A stretch of DNA of 64,000 nt from Lama glama (lineage: Eukaryota). The notes below the pieces were generated by a model. The model saw nothing but the letters and a program-made list of their open reading frames with translations, had not been told where the DNA came from and searched no databases. Positions 1-12,952 of the stretch are shown piece after piece. A program made the position numbers and the translations under genes. The stretch is from assembly GCA_028534125.1 (NCBI GenBank), contig CM052818.1, positions 17,238,001-17,302,000 on the forward strand, read 5' to 3'. Position 1 is the first letter of the stretch, and every line of letters starts with the position of its first letter.

Positions 1-239
1 CAATACATACTTGTAGAACAATTGAAAACATAAAACAAACAAAAGGCAAAACAAAACCACCTGCATTTCTACAATTAGGTTCCTTCCCCTTTAAAGGAAG
101 TTTTAAATTCAACAGCCAGGAAGTACTTACTCAATATTTTCTACAGGCTTAACATTGTGTTAACTACTGGGAAAAAAAGGAAAGAAAGAAATTCAGTTTA
201 CTCTAGATACAAGACAAGAATGTGCTGTAACAATGGCCA

Positions 240-425
240 GAACAGTGTTGGAGCAGTAGCCACTGTGTAGTGTTGTACAATTTCTGTATTGCAGACATCT
301 GGGAGGCACCATCCAGCTCTTAGTCCTGTGAACCATTCTTTTAACAAATATTTTGGCAGCTACGTGTCTTGCTGAAGTTGCACTTTTTTTTTTTTCAGTT
401 CACAGAAAGTTACCATATGTGTTGC
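240..425. mobile_element. Possible MER91-like hAT fragment
   Basis: Patches such as GTGTTGTACAATT...GGAGGCACCAT and TTCACAGAAAGTTACCATATG resemble the MER91 family; very diverged. Confidence 0.35.
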
Positions 426-898
426 CATGAGAAATGCAAGATGGTGTATAACCAAGAGCGATGTGATATAATACAATATAAATTCCATAGGTGTTACAAG
501 TGAGGAGTAAAGCTAGGCCTTGAAGTTCATCTGAGATTTTCTTACATCAATTTAAAAGAATTAGCAAGTTGAGGATGTCGGTGCCAGGTTCCTAGATCTA
601 TCTCCTGGGGAACCAATGTAAGGGCTTTCTCTACTTCTGGGTGTCCTTCTCTTGAGGAAATCACCTCTTGCCAATCCTAAGGTAGACGGATTGCCACTGA
701 AGTATTGAGAGTCACCTAGAACGATTTTTCTAGAGCAGCCCACGAATAAGTCCCTTTACAGAAAGTAAAAGGAGGAGAACTTGGTGGGGTAAATGGCAGT
801 TGGTGTCCACAAGGGATGGTGTTTCTACAGAGCAGGAGAGATAAGTTATGGGTATAGTGTGTCGTACATGCCAGCTATTTTGGTGGTAAATTTAAAAG

Positions 899-1292
899 AG
901 TGAGACAAGGGTGAGGCAAGAGAGTCACTCATTTGGCTGTAAAATTTAAGGGGGCACTAAACCCTCAGTAATTAGTGCAATATTTGAAAAAAATAAAAAT
1001 TAATGCAAAAAAAATCTGTGATGAACAAAATGTGAACATTTTAAATCCAGAAGGCATCAGTATTCCTGTTTTCCTTCTCTCTGACTCCAGCGTAGCTCAG
1101 CCCACCACTGTGAACTGATCCTGTCTTTTTGAAAAATGTTGATATTTTATTCATCATGAACAAATTTTGATGTTTAAAATATTCATCTTGATTTTTAAAT
1201 ATTGCTGTGTGAGAGTGTTTGTCTTGATCACCGAGGTTTTGGCCCCGCCCTTGAATGTTGCCCCTGAGGCAAGTCTTTACGCCAATCCTGGC
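899..1292. mobile_element. MER96B-like palindromic hAT non-autonomous DNA transposon (MITE)
   Basis: Degenerate inverted arms: AAAATTTAAGGGGGCACTAA (941-960) vs GGCCCCGCCCTTGAATGTTG (1241-1260), and GATGAACAAAATGTGAACATTTTAAA (1020-1045) vs TTGAAAAATGTTGATATTTTATTCATCATG (1129-1158). Matches the MER96B consensus as I recall it. Confidence 0.8.
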
Positions 1293-2699
1293 ACATATCC
1301 ACTTTACAGAAGGCCACTGGGCAGGCACGTAAGCAGAGCCGAGACGGAGCTGCAACTTGAACTTGGCTCTGTTCATTATTAATCCGTAAGTCCCAGGACT
1401 TCTTCTGCAGGACTGTAAATCAAAAGACAAATCAATAATACTGAGTGCATGACATGATTATGGGTACTGTGGGTGCTGTAATTTGCCGAGACCCAGCTTC
1501 CCACAGGCTGATCACAAACAGAGAGTTAATTGCCTCCTCTTGCATTTTAGAAAATTAAAGTTAGGCAACTCTGTCCCACACTGTTTTCTAGGAGATCTTA
1601 TTACTTTTATGTATATTTATTTTTCGTGTGACAGAAAATGGATACCCCAAGGCTAAAATTAAATGCCATTTACTACACTGAGTTGGCTAAGACCAAGATT
1701 TTTGTCAGAGAAGAAAGAAGAGATTCATTGCACATCTTTGATTATGTTGTCATTGGATAGAAATTTATAAACACACTAAAAAATCACAAAAGCTGTGGAA
1801 GAGGAGGAGGTGGAAATTCTTTGCTGAACGTGTTATGGGTAGAGATGTCGTTTTCTCCTCAAAAACAGTCCATCCTTCGTACCAAAAATTCAGTTGACTT
1901 TTGTGTTTAATTCTACACTTTATGCCCCAGGCACATTTTTGTAATTAAACACTCGAGTAATAAAATTATTTTTAAATTTCTAAATGACAAACCCAGGAAA
2001 CTGAAAACATCCCACATATAACAGAGGGCAGATTTTATAAATGGCATATTGAAAGCCTACAGGATTTTACAAGTTTAGTCTATGAACACAAAATAAGTAT
2101 CTTTTATAAGTTTAGGCTATGAGCTCAAAATAAGTATTGACTACTTTGTAAAGTAGTTGCAATTTTGAAGACTCTCTTTAAATTCTGCAGTGAAACCGAG
2201 TGATACCAATCATTTATCAGTCAAACTAAGTGACCTCTATCAGTCTCCTTCTACACAAGAAAAAGCTGAGGTTCAGAGATTTTTCCATTGCTTAGTCCAA
2301 GTTCACATAGGATTGAGAGGCACTCAAACTAGGGCCCCTGGAATCCTAATTCCACTTTAGAGTGTGCACATCCTTTAGTCACCAACATTCCACCACTTGG
2401 GCTAGCAAACTGTAATACATTGACTATGAATTGTCCTCACACACATCCACAAACAAGGCTGTCCTTGCCCCGTACTTTGTGTACCGCTGAAGGCCATCCT
2501 TGTAAACAAAGCTAGAAGCTAGTAGAAGAAAACTCTCTTATACTCTCACCATCTCCACTTTCTCCTTTGTCTTGTATTATACTTTGCGGGTTTTTTTTAA
2601 CTGTCTTAGCTTACTTGTCTCCTCAAGGACTCAACGTTCAGTTCATTCCCCTCTCCTACCTTGCGTCTTCAACATTATTTATTGGATTACACTAATCCT

Positions 2700-3420
2700 A
2701 AAACAAATAAATCCCAAACCCTTCCTCTTGACCTAGAATCTATCTTACAAGTCCTTTTCCTTGGCTTTCCTTCACAGCCAGGTTCAGTGAAAGTTTTTAA
2801 TGATAAATGCAACACGACATTCACAATTCAACCATTCCATTCTGGCTTCCCCAGCAGGACTGGGCCAAAATTGTTCATTCTAAGAGGACCAGTAACTTTC
2901 ACACTGTCAAATCCATTAAACATTTTTTTCAGTTATCATCAGTCTCTCTTTGATGTTATATGACTCCTTCATTCCAGAAGCATCGTCTGCCCATGACACC
3001 ACACACACCTGCTTGTCCTCCTCCGTCTGTGACTTCTCCTATCCAGGTATCATCCTGTTCTGCTGCTCTGCCTCCCTCCTGAATGTTGAAGTGGCTCACT
3101 TCTTGATTTCAGAGTTCTTCTCATTTAATATTCCCTATCTAAGTAATCTCACCCATTCCTATGTCCTTAACTATTACCTTTATGCTAATGACTCTCCAAT
3201 TTCTACCACCAGCCCAGACTCATTATGTTCAGATTTTGGCCATTATGTTCAGATTTTGGCATACAAAGTTGTATTTGACATTGCTACGTGGATATCTCAC
3301 AGGTATCTCCAGCTTCACCTGTTTAAAACTTGACTCGGTACTTCCCGCCCACCTCGTCCCTCTCCCCCATATCTCTGTCTCCTTTATTTTCCCCCATTTT
3401 AGTAAATAATGCCTCTATTT
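2700..3420 (+). mobile_element. L2 LINE fragment including a decayed reverse-transcriptase motif
   Basis: TATGCTAATGACTCTCCAATTTCTACCACCAGCCCAGAC...TGACATTGCTACGTGGATATCTCACAGGTATCTCCAGCTT resembles L2. ORF 2950-3333 reads YLYANDSPISTTSPD, a decayed YADD motif. Confidence 0.8.
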
Positions 3421-3599
3421 ATCTGGTGGGATACTCCATGTAATTTGAAACTTCAACCATTGGTGTATATTTGAGAAAAAGTTTCAAACAATGAAAAATT
3501 TAAGTATAGGTGAGGCATCACATTTGTCTTTTATGACAAATGTTTAAAGCAGGGCCTCATAGTATTTCTGCTTTGTAGACCTTAGAAATAATAGAAATG

Positions 3600-3812
3600 A
3601 AAGGCAACACATAGGTCCTACTATGTGCTAGACACTGTACTAATATTTGATAGGTAGCAATATTATTCTCATTTTGCAGATGATAAAACGGAGGCACAGA
3701 GAAGTCAAGTAACTTGCCCAAGATCATAGACCTATTAAGTGGCAGAGCTGAGACTTGAACTCATGCAGGCTGCTTCTAGGGTCTTTGCTCATAAAAACTA
3801 TGTTATGCTGCC
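3600..3812 (-). mobile_element. MIR SINE
   Basis: MIR core in reverse orientation: CTCATTTTGCAGATGATAAAACGGAGGCACAGAGAAGTCAAGTAACTTGCCCAAGATCATA. Confidence 0.9.
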
Positions 3813-5224
3813 TTAAAATGGTGGCAGTGATATAACTTTAAGTCAGTGTGTTGAAGGCTGAGAGCAGAGACTCAACTGCAAAAAATTAGCAGTGGATTCT
3901 GATCCAACTTTATAAACATTTAACAGTGCTTAGAAAGAGATGATGTTTTATATCCTCTCATGATTCTTTCCAAGTTTTTTGACAACACAGACTTGACTAG
4001 TAGGTGTAACTGCCGTATGGGCAGGAAACCACCAAATCAGATGGTGATGGATGATTTTTTTTATGTAAGTTTTGACAATAAACATAAAAATTCACAATAA
4101 AATTTTCGTTATTTTGACATTCTAAGACCAAAATAGTATGGAATGTTTTGTCTTTATATGAGGTCTTTCCTGTTTCTTCCATGTTACAGCTACATTTACA
4201 GAAATTGACTTTTGAAATACAAAATCCCTGAACAGGTTGTACAGACAATTTGTTTTTTCCATGGAGTGGGAGTCTTGGACAAAATGCACAACCCCATTCT
4301 TTTCCTATTAGACTCTTGGGAAACACATACTGTTTTTCTGTCTTTCCCACTGACTGCTGGAAAAAACAAATGCTGGTTATCCCAATTAAAATGAGACTAG
4401 TGAATTTCATGTTACACTAAAATAAACTTCATTAAATGTTTCATATCACTGGGGAGTTTATACATTTTTCATTTTTAAAAGATATAAAAAATGCAACTCT
4501 ATCCATTCATTCTAAATCCTTTTAAAAAAAGCTAATTATGAAAAAAGAAGGAAGAATAAATAGAAACTGAAGTAAAAAGGGGCTAATATTTCACTTCCCA
4601 CAAACTATATAATTAAGTAGCTAATCTATAAATTAGGGACCATTGAGACATTTTTATAAAACTTTCTACATTATCTGAAACATAAGAGTTGTCATTCTTT
4701 AAATTTCTTGGGTTCCTTAAATGATATATAGTCTCCCATGATGTTCTGGTGAAAAACCAAGTTCAAGAATTATTTAGAAGAAAAGGTGCAAATCTAGAAG
4801 AATCAGAAGAGATAGAAATTCAATGATCTCTGTTTGGATTGTGTAGAAAGTAAGTGAGCGTACCTTTAAAAATAGTTCAATAAATAAGAGAGAGTGTTCT
4901 TGATGAAGAGTCAGGGTGGACTGGAATCATGTTGTGTCTGCTGTAGATTCATTTCCCCTCCTATACCATAATGGATGGACTTTAAACTTCTTATATGAAT
5001 CAAAAACAAATGAAAAACTTTGAACAATTATAACAGCATTTTACAAGCTTATATATAAAGATCATGATAGGTTGAAAGTTGTGTACATGTGCTTTCTTAA
5101 ATAAAAACTGTAAGTCCAAAAGGAAAAATAACTCTTAAAGGAAATGGGAGATTTTTGTGTGTGATAATTCCAAACCACGCTGGAAGGAGGGGGCATTAAC
5201 GTAATAGGAAAACTGGAGGGCAAT

Positions 5225-5460
5225 GAGTCTTTTTGTTCAAATGGCACCTTCTCGATGAAGCCTTTCCTGGCCATCCTGTGTCAAATTACATGCCACCCAC
5301 CAGGTGCTCATTAACCCCCTTTCCAGCCTTATTTTCCTCTTTAAACTTAATCAGCATTTATCAAACTACCCATTTTAGTATTTCTTATATTTACTGACTC
5401 TCTTCACTCTAGGAGGGCAGAAATAAAATCAGTTTTGTTTGCTCCTGTATTTTCTAAATA
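5225..5460 (+). mobile_element. L2 3' fragment
   Basis: GTTCAAATGGCACCTTCTCGATGAAGCCTTTCCTGGCCA...AGGAGGGCAGAAAT...GTTTTGTTTGCTCCTGTATTT, typical of an L2 3' end. Confidence 0.6.
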
Positions 5461-5854
5461 AACAAGCGGGCAAACTCTAGTCAGACGACTGGGCTTCAGA
5501 AAACAAAATTCATCAGGTTTGAAACCTTCAGTGGTTACACATGCCCTCAGCATCCCATCTCCAATCTCAAGTGCAGCTCTAAGCATCTCTTTGGAGATTC
5601 TGACTCTATGTCATCTGGAACCTTGACTCCGTGTTCACCCCTCTTGCCTTCCCCCTCTCTGGTCACCTGTATCCTCATACTCATCACATGCCATCCTCAA
5701 CTCTGCCCTGCCGCCATTGCCTAGATCAGCATCCTTGCCTGAAATACCTAGCTTTTTCCCTTCCAACCCAGAAAATCCTGATCGTTCTTAAAGATGAATA
5801 ATAATGTCACTTCCTCCAAAAATCCTTCCTTGATTTCTGTAGTTATGTGATCCA

Positions 5855-6035
5855 GTGAGAGCTTTGAAATCTTTGGACACAGATTCAAATCCAAGCTCTG
5901 CTAACTTACTAGCTATGAGACCTTTCAGAACATGCCTAATCTTCAACTTTATGGTAACTTTTTCATCTGTAATGTTATGATGCATCTATTAGGGAAAAGA
6001 CCTAGCACATCGTGAACTTTAAGTAATAATATTAT
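5855..6035 (+). mobile_element. MIR SINE
   Basis: GATTCAAATCCAAGCTCTGCTAACTTACTAGCTATGAGACCTTT...TTTTCATCTGTAAT. Confidence 0.75.
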
Positions 6036-9000
6036 TACACCTACAATGTTATGTAATATATAAATGTGTTCTGTATGATAATCTAAAGATTATTATAATT
6101 ATACTTATTATTGTAGCCATGGTTATATAGAATTTGCTAAAAGTCAGGCTTTTCCAATTGCTTTATGTACCAGGCGCTCTGCCTCTGTAAGAGCCACTGT
6201 AGCACTGAGAGCGCCATGTTTAACATGCACACACACACTTGTGTTCACATGACTGTGGTCAGCAAGACCGGTGGCTGTGTTTCGTGGTGCTGGGCTTCAT
6301 CGGGAGCAAGGTACGGAGAGCAAGGGCAACTCACTTCCAAGCTTCAGGATCTTGGAGCTCCTTGAAGCAATGACTATGTCTTGTCCTTCTTTATGTTCCA
6401 GAACTTAGCACATTGCTGACTACCCAGTGCTTACTATCCGTGACATCCTCTAAAAGAGATGGCTCTGTCTGTCCTTGCAGATTTAGGTTGTATCATTTAA
6501 TACAGAGACAGCCAGAAAGACTCAGAGACACACATCTATTAATGATACGGCCCAGCAGCCTACCTGGAACTACAGTCTGCAACTTGTTTCCAAGCTGCAA
6601 CTCCTCCTGCCAGAGTTATTTTCTTCTGCATGTCTGATCTTAGTCTTTTAGCAGGACAGGAGAACCACCAATCTTACCAGCATCGTTATGTTTTTGTGGA
6701 CCTAGCCATCTGAACCCACAGTGACCCCTGCAGACTGTGAGCTGTTATGTTATGTTTACGCGTAGCCCTTCGATGATGGCCGACTTTGAGTAGCGTTGGT
6801 GATTTTCCCTAGTGACAAGGGAAGTCAAGGTCTGTAGTCAAATAAGGCAAATGCAAATGACAGCAAAATGCATCATGGACACAGAAGAGGCCATCGGGGT
6901 ATCTGTGTTAGGAAATACTTTCTGTATTTGTCCTTAAGGCTGTTCTTCCTTCTTCTGGGTTTTGTGGACACTTAGAGTATATACAGCAACAGTGCCCCCA
7001 GGGATAGGAATTACCCATGTTCTAATTGTTGAAGAAATATTTAGTAACCCTTTTTATTCCGTCTTAAATCTTAGGACCAGTCTTTTTTCAATGTGTGTTT
7101 GAGAATCTTTTTCTTCCTGTGGTATGAGTAAAAAAAAATTAAAAATGCATATTAAAAGAATATATGACCTCAGTGAAGTATAGCACCTGCCCAGATACAC
7201 TCATAATGTGAGAAAAATCGCTCTTGCCAGGTTGTGCTGATCATTTCCAAGTTCACACAATGAAGTGACATCTGTGCTTAAGCAGTAACTTGCCATTTGC
7301 TGTCAGCATTTCTGAATCAACTCAGAAAAAGTCCAATTTCCCCGATTCCAGTGGAATCAGAAGGTCTTCCCAGGGCTTGTCTCTACACAGGCTGGAAGCA
7401 AAGATTCATTTTTTGGCATTTTGTTGTGACTGCCCCTAGCAAATTATGTAAAATACATCTGACTCCTGGTCTTCTCCACTCGGGGCTGCATATCCACAAG
7501 CAAATCAGGCAAAGTGAGATGCAAGACGCCAGGGCTCTTCTGCACTCTGTTAACTTCTAGCCGTGCTCTGGGAAGGAGGAAAGAAAATCCATATTCTTGC
7601 GTAGTAGGAAACTAAAGACCCAGGTCGAAGGACAAAAAAATGTTATTTGGGGTGTTTTCTGCTGTAGATCTTAGAAGACACCACTGTCAGTCTGGTTTGA
7701 CATGACGACTGATATTCTGGGATCCTCTTGCTTGACTGCATTGTTGATATCCAGAAAGACTTGTCTTCTCTTAAATTGTGATCACTTTTTATTTGATGAC
7801 TGCTATGGAATGAACATCCCCAAGTGAATTTTAATGGGTTTTGGCATCTTCCAATCCAGAGGATCCAAAGCATTTCATTCACACTTTATCCACAGTTTCT
7901 TGGTGACCAAAGTTTTACTAGTAAACCAAGATATCTGCGAATTAGGGAAGTTTTGCTTTTCATCTTTTCAGAAGGGAAAAAAAATGCATCTAGGCTGCCT
8001 TTACCACTAGGTAAAGCAACGAGGAATCTACTAGCATATTTTTAAGATCAAAGACACAGTTTTGCCTTCACTTTGTCCTTCTTTCCTCTTCCCCCTCAGT
8101 TCTACCCCCAAACACGTGGTTTAGATCCACAGACACATGCACACAGAGCCACCTGCTACTGCTACCATGTATCTACTGACATAGAAACTATTTTCACAGA
8201 AGGCAAAGCTGTTTGATTGAATAGTAAGAGATAAGTCTTCAATTAAGAATTATCCTGGAACTTGTATTATAAGCATCCTCATGGAGGAAAGGTAGTTCTA
8301 GGTTGCTGGTAGTAGGGTTGCTGGAGGGGAGACAGGATTGGTGCATAGAGGACCAGTGGGCACAAAAGGGTGCTTGGGACCTTCTAGATACATTGAGTAC
8401 TTCAAAATACAGACTTAAGCAGTTATATAGATATCTCTCTCTCTATATATATATATTCATATCTTTAGCAAAGAATGGTTCACTTAACTAGGCTTTTCTG
8501 TAACAATTAGTTTTGTGAAAGTGAAACAGAGCTTCGCTCTTCATGTAAGCGCTTGGAGGTTGGCACTCATGTGTGGTTTTCCCAGGTGGATTTGGAAAAT
8601 GAAAGTCTGCCTCTGATCATACAGTGTTGAGACTTTTTTTTTACCGTGGGGATCCTAACTGCCGTGAACAGGTGGCCTGTTGGAGAGGGTAGGGACTGGA
8701 TACTGTAGAAGGTAATTATGATTGTTATTAAGAGGCAGATTACTTGGGGAGAGAGACTAACCTAGTATAGGTATTCTTCATCCTAGTTTTGAGTACCCTT
8801 GGGTATCTCCAGACATCACAAAGGGTATCACAAGACTCCCCCAGCAAAATTAATTTTACTCTGTCCTACTTTTTAAAATGTATCATATGCAGCACTATTA
8901 AAAGAAACAGGATCCCTTGAAATCAGGATATGATGGAGATAGCTGAAAGGCGGAGAGAACACCAGACTCGGTGCAAAACAGTGATTGCATGCTTGGCTCT

Positions 9001-9234
9001 GCTGTCCAGCTCTCCGTTCTGAAAATTCTCGCTTTCAAATGAAACTAATACCTGCCCTGAAACCCATCTAGGGTGTAATAAAAAGAAAATAAGATCTTAG
9101 CTTGAAAGTATGCCTTAGAACGGAAAAATTCCCTATCAGGGTAAGGTTATTTTTAAATCAGTAAATTCTGGTAAACGTTTCTACATTTAACAGACACTGG
9201 ATTTTTTCTGTAGGAATAACAATAAAGTAAGGGT

Positions 9235-9410
9235 TAGGGAAAAACACAGGTTCTAATTGACACTTCTTTCTTAAATATTGATTTCCTTTATTTTTTTAAC
9301 TGTGGATAAGTCACTAATATTTTCTGGGTTTATGTTCCTCTATCTGTAAAATGAGGGAGCTTGACTACATTAGTTTACGGTTCCTTATAATTCTAAAATT
9401 CTCTGATTCT
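9235..9410 (+). mobile_element. MIR3/MIR SINE
   Basis: GATAAGTCACTAATATTTTCTGGGTTTATGTTCCTCTATCTGTAAAATGAGGGAGCTTGACTA...TTCTAAAATTCTCTGATTCT. Confidence 0.7.
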
Positions 9411-10678
9411 AGCAACAAAAATTGATTCTTAGAGCAGAAATTGAAGTCTTTGATGAATTGAAAAATTCCAGCTTTCAAAAAGTTCTTCCATTTGTTTATA
9501 TTTCTTCTTAGTTTGGATAATGTTTTCACATATGTGTTTTCATTTGTTTGTCATATGAGCAGGAGTTACCCCTGTTTTACAGGTGACTTATTATGTGACT
9601 TGGATGCACAGCTGGTGAGTGGCAAATGTGGAGCTTGATCCCATTTCTACATCTAGTATCCAACACCCTGTCGCAAATTCAACAACTTTGGTCTCAGTTG
9701 TCTATGACATTCCCAGTACTGTTTCCACATTGTACAATATAACCCTGTAAACACAAGCATCTTACTATGGGATTTGTGGTTTGAAATGGCTGCTTACATC
9801 TCTAAAGTATGGCTTGGCACGCCATGATGTTCATGGAGTTTTGACAGCAGATAATTTAATCTTGGTAAATACAATACTGTATCCAGACAGAAATACAAGT
9901 ATGTGGCAAGCTGGGTTAGCCAATTTCTCAGCACTTGCAATGCTGTTTCCATTTCTGGAAAAACAAGTCTGAACTGCAGGAAGGAAAAAAGGAAATACAT
10001 AGTCTTACGGAAATGGCTATGAGAAAGTTCTAAACACTGCAGTCTAAGACAGACAGCAGACTTGCCGTCAGTAACATTAATTCTGTCCCACAGTTTCAAG
10101 ATTTATGAACCGAACAAAGAAAGTGAAAACTTCTCTGACTCTCAAGATACCCCATTTTATAGTTAAGAATAGACTCTTAAAGATGACTTGCCCATTTCAT
10201 GTTGTTTCTCTTGGCCTGGCATCCGTCCAGCTCGTAGGAGAATGCCATTTCTGATTCGGGATATGTTACCTCCACTCAAATTACCTCCCTGTCATTCTCA
10301 CAGGGATCCTCATTCAATCTCAGGAGATACTCTGAGGGGTGGTGGTAGCTTGTTCGTTTGTTCATCTTCATGAAGAGGTTTTGTGAAGAAAGAAGCAGGA
10401 CTGTGGGAAAGCAGGAACTGGTCTAGATGCCAGAAATGAGGAGTGAGCAGGAGGTGTAGTGATGTGTCATCTGAAATGCAGAACCTAAGTGAAACATAAA
10501 TATTTCTGGGGAAATGAAAGAGCAGCTTGTTCGGTTGCTACTTCAATTAGCAGGGGTTTTGTGGCCAAAAGGAAAAATCAAAAGCTCTGCCATCTGCTTT
10601 ATTTCTGAAGCTGCCTCAGTATTGGGTGATTGACCTCTGCAGCTTGTTCATCATTTGCATACAAAATGTTCTTTACAT

Positions 10679-10749
10679 TTTCCTCCCCTCCCCACCTCTC
10701 TCTCTTTCTCTCTTTCTCTTTCCTTTTCTTCCTTCCTTCCTTCTTTCTC
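10679..10749. repeat. Polypyrimidine (CT/CCTT) low-complexity tract
   Basis: About 70 bp of almost pure C/T, read directly. Confidence 0.85.
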
Positions 10750-10892
10750 AGACTGATTTCTGGGTGATATCTTTTAATGCAGGTTTCATTCTTCCTTCCT
10801 GATCTCTACCTATCTCTGCCCTACATCCAACGTGTATTAGTCTATTCAGTCAGCAAGCAGATATTAGGGATCTGTGATGGGTTTAATGCTGA

Positions 10893-11025
10893 GAAAATAT
10901 ATAGGATAAAGATTTCTAAACAAAATGTGAAAACGAATATATGTATGTACATGCATGACTGGGACATTGTGCTGTACACCAGAGAGTGATGCGTTGAAAT
11001 TGACTGTACTTCAATAAAAAAAAAA
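10893..11025 (+). mobile_element. Heavily 5'-truncated L1 3' end (camelid/artiodactyl type) with poly(A)
   Basis: AAAATGTGAAAACGAATATATGTATGTACATGCATGACTGGGACATTGTGCTGTACACCAGAG...TGACTGTACTTCAATAAAAAAAAAA. Confidence 0.85.
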
Positions 11026-11224
11026 ATTTTTACTTCTGTTGAACCTCAAAGGACATGTTATGTCTTTGTTAACTAAAGATGTTCAATAATAATGCTAAGT
11101 AATAAAAACAAATAGGATAGCTGAATACAGATTATGTGTGTACTATAAATGTACATATAAGTATATATATATAATGCACACTCATGCATTTAAATTTCAG
11201 TAAATATTTGTTGAAGATTGACTT

Positions 11225-11540
11225 AGACTCTGCAAGTAAGAGAAGACATAACTGAAAGTAGCCTATGCGGTCCTGGATTTCTTTTATTCCTCAATAAAAA
11301 GTCTAAAAATAAGACTACAGTAGGATTGGTTAATTCAGCAGCTAAAATAAGTCATCAGAGACCAAGAAGCTTTCAGTTCCTCCATCTAATAGCTTGAGTA
11401 TGATAACTGTATCTACTTTCATTGTTGCAAGATGATTAAAGCTGTTCTAGGCAAAGGAAGATGTTCCCTCCCACACATCAATTTTTATTAAGAAGGAAAA
11501 TCTTTCTCTAAAGATCTCCTTTACCTTTTAGTAGACCTGG
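11225..11540. mobile_element. Old MaLR (MLT1-type) LTR fragment, interrupted by the MLT1A LTR
   Basis: TGCAAGTAAGAGAAGACATAACTGAAAGTAGCCT...GGTTAATTCAGCAGCT...GTCATCAGAGACCAAG resembles older MLT1 subfamilies; similar sequence appears to resume after 11922. Confidence 0.5.
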
Positions 11541-11544
11541 ATAT

Positions 11545-11921
11545 CTGTAGGACTGAATATTTGTATTCCTCCCAATTTGTATGTTGAAGCCCTAACGCTC
11601 AATGTGATGGCATTTGGAGGTGAGGCCTTTTGGAGGTAATCAGGGTTAGATGAGGTATGCAGATGGGGCCTTCAGGATAGGATTAGTGTTCTTATAAAAA
11701 GAGGAAGAGACCAGAGCACTCTCTCTCTTTGCTGTGCAAGAATGCAGCAAGAAGGCAGCCAGCTGCAAGCCAGGGAGAAGGCCCTCACCAAGAACTGAAC
11801 CATGCTATTACCTTGATCTCGAGCTTCCAAGCTTTCAGAGCTATGAAAATGAATGTCCATTGTTTAAACCACACATATATAATGTAGTATTTTGTTATAG
11901 CAGCCTGAGCAAACAAAGCCA
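11545..11921 (+). mobile_element. MLT1A/MLT1A0 MaLR solo LTR
   Basis: GGACTGAATATTTGTATTCCTCCCAA...TATGTTGAAGCCCTAAC...AATGTGATGGCATTTGGAGGTGAGGCCTTTTGGAGGTAATCAGGGTTAGATGAGG...TTTTGTTATAGCAGCCTGAGC; about 375 bp, as expected for this family. Confidence 0.9.
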
Positions 11922-12952
11922 CTTGTCTTGACTAATTTAGGCCACTGATGACTAAGCCACTGGCGGGAGGTGGATGTATCTTGCCTGAGTACGTGGATGA
12001 AATGGAGGTTCTGCTGGGCAGAAAGAAACAAAAAAGGAAAGAAAGACAACTGGTGGAAACCACTTCAAACACTGTCCTAGAATCTGGGAGGAGTTCCTTA
12101 CCAAGAGAATGAGATGAGGCCGTGCCTTTCACGAGATTGGGGTAGAATTGTGGAGATTAGACATGCATCTGATGAGCATCATGCAAGGCTCTAGAGTGAA
12201 AAGTAATAGGAAAGAAAGAGTAGCTGAGGGATGGGAGTGTAAAAACTCCCTTGTTTCAGGTAAAGAAATTGACATGATAAGAAAGGAATTCCAGATGGAA
12301 AAAAGAAGAGGAACAAACAGCCCCCAAGGAGGGCTTGTGCCAAAGGAGTGACAAGTGTAGCACTTGGTAAGCCCTTTGCTAGACCCTTACAGAGACAGAA
12401 ATACGTCAGTGGGATGGGTTGGCAAGTGTTCCTTTGGAGGGCTTAGTGGTGACAGCACGCGGGGAAAATGGAAGGCAGAAGAGCGTAAGGTTGGCACAAT
12501 AGAAAACATTCACTATTTCAGGCAAGAGGTTATTTTCTGAACTAGACTAATGCTGGAGGAAATGGGAAGGAAGAGTCCGGGCTGGGATGCAGGGAGCGGT
12601 GTGGAGTCAAAGAGGACTAGGAAGAGAGCTTGGGAGCAGCACACATCTCTTGACTGCCTGCAGTGGACCAGAAAGTCTGCTCCACAAATTACTAGCAAAC
12701 ATCAAGGGATGCTCTTGGCAACTTGTTTAAGCTGAGCGTCAGATTTCACATTTTGCAGTTGCATTACCTGCATTCATTTAGTGGCGAGGATTACATACAA
12801 CGAAGCCTGTGAGGTGCTGGCATAATGCCTGATGTATGATAGGAATTCAATAATTCTTAATTCTTGCCTCACTTCATAAAAGTGATAGGAAGCGGGTATA
12901 ATGATGGAAGGAAAAGGTTTTAAAAGACAAGAAAGTCAAGAGCCATCTTAGG

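Noticed and set aside
2950..3333. 127-aa ORF with a YAND motif as an active reverse transcriptase
   Set aside because: Short, decayed L2 remnant with the catalytic YADD mutated.
3997..4410. 137-aa minus-strand ORF with a signal-peptide-like N-terminus
   Set aside because: AT-rich low-information sequence with no recognisable domain or gene structure; hydrophobic starts are common by chance.
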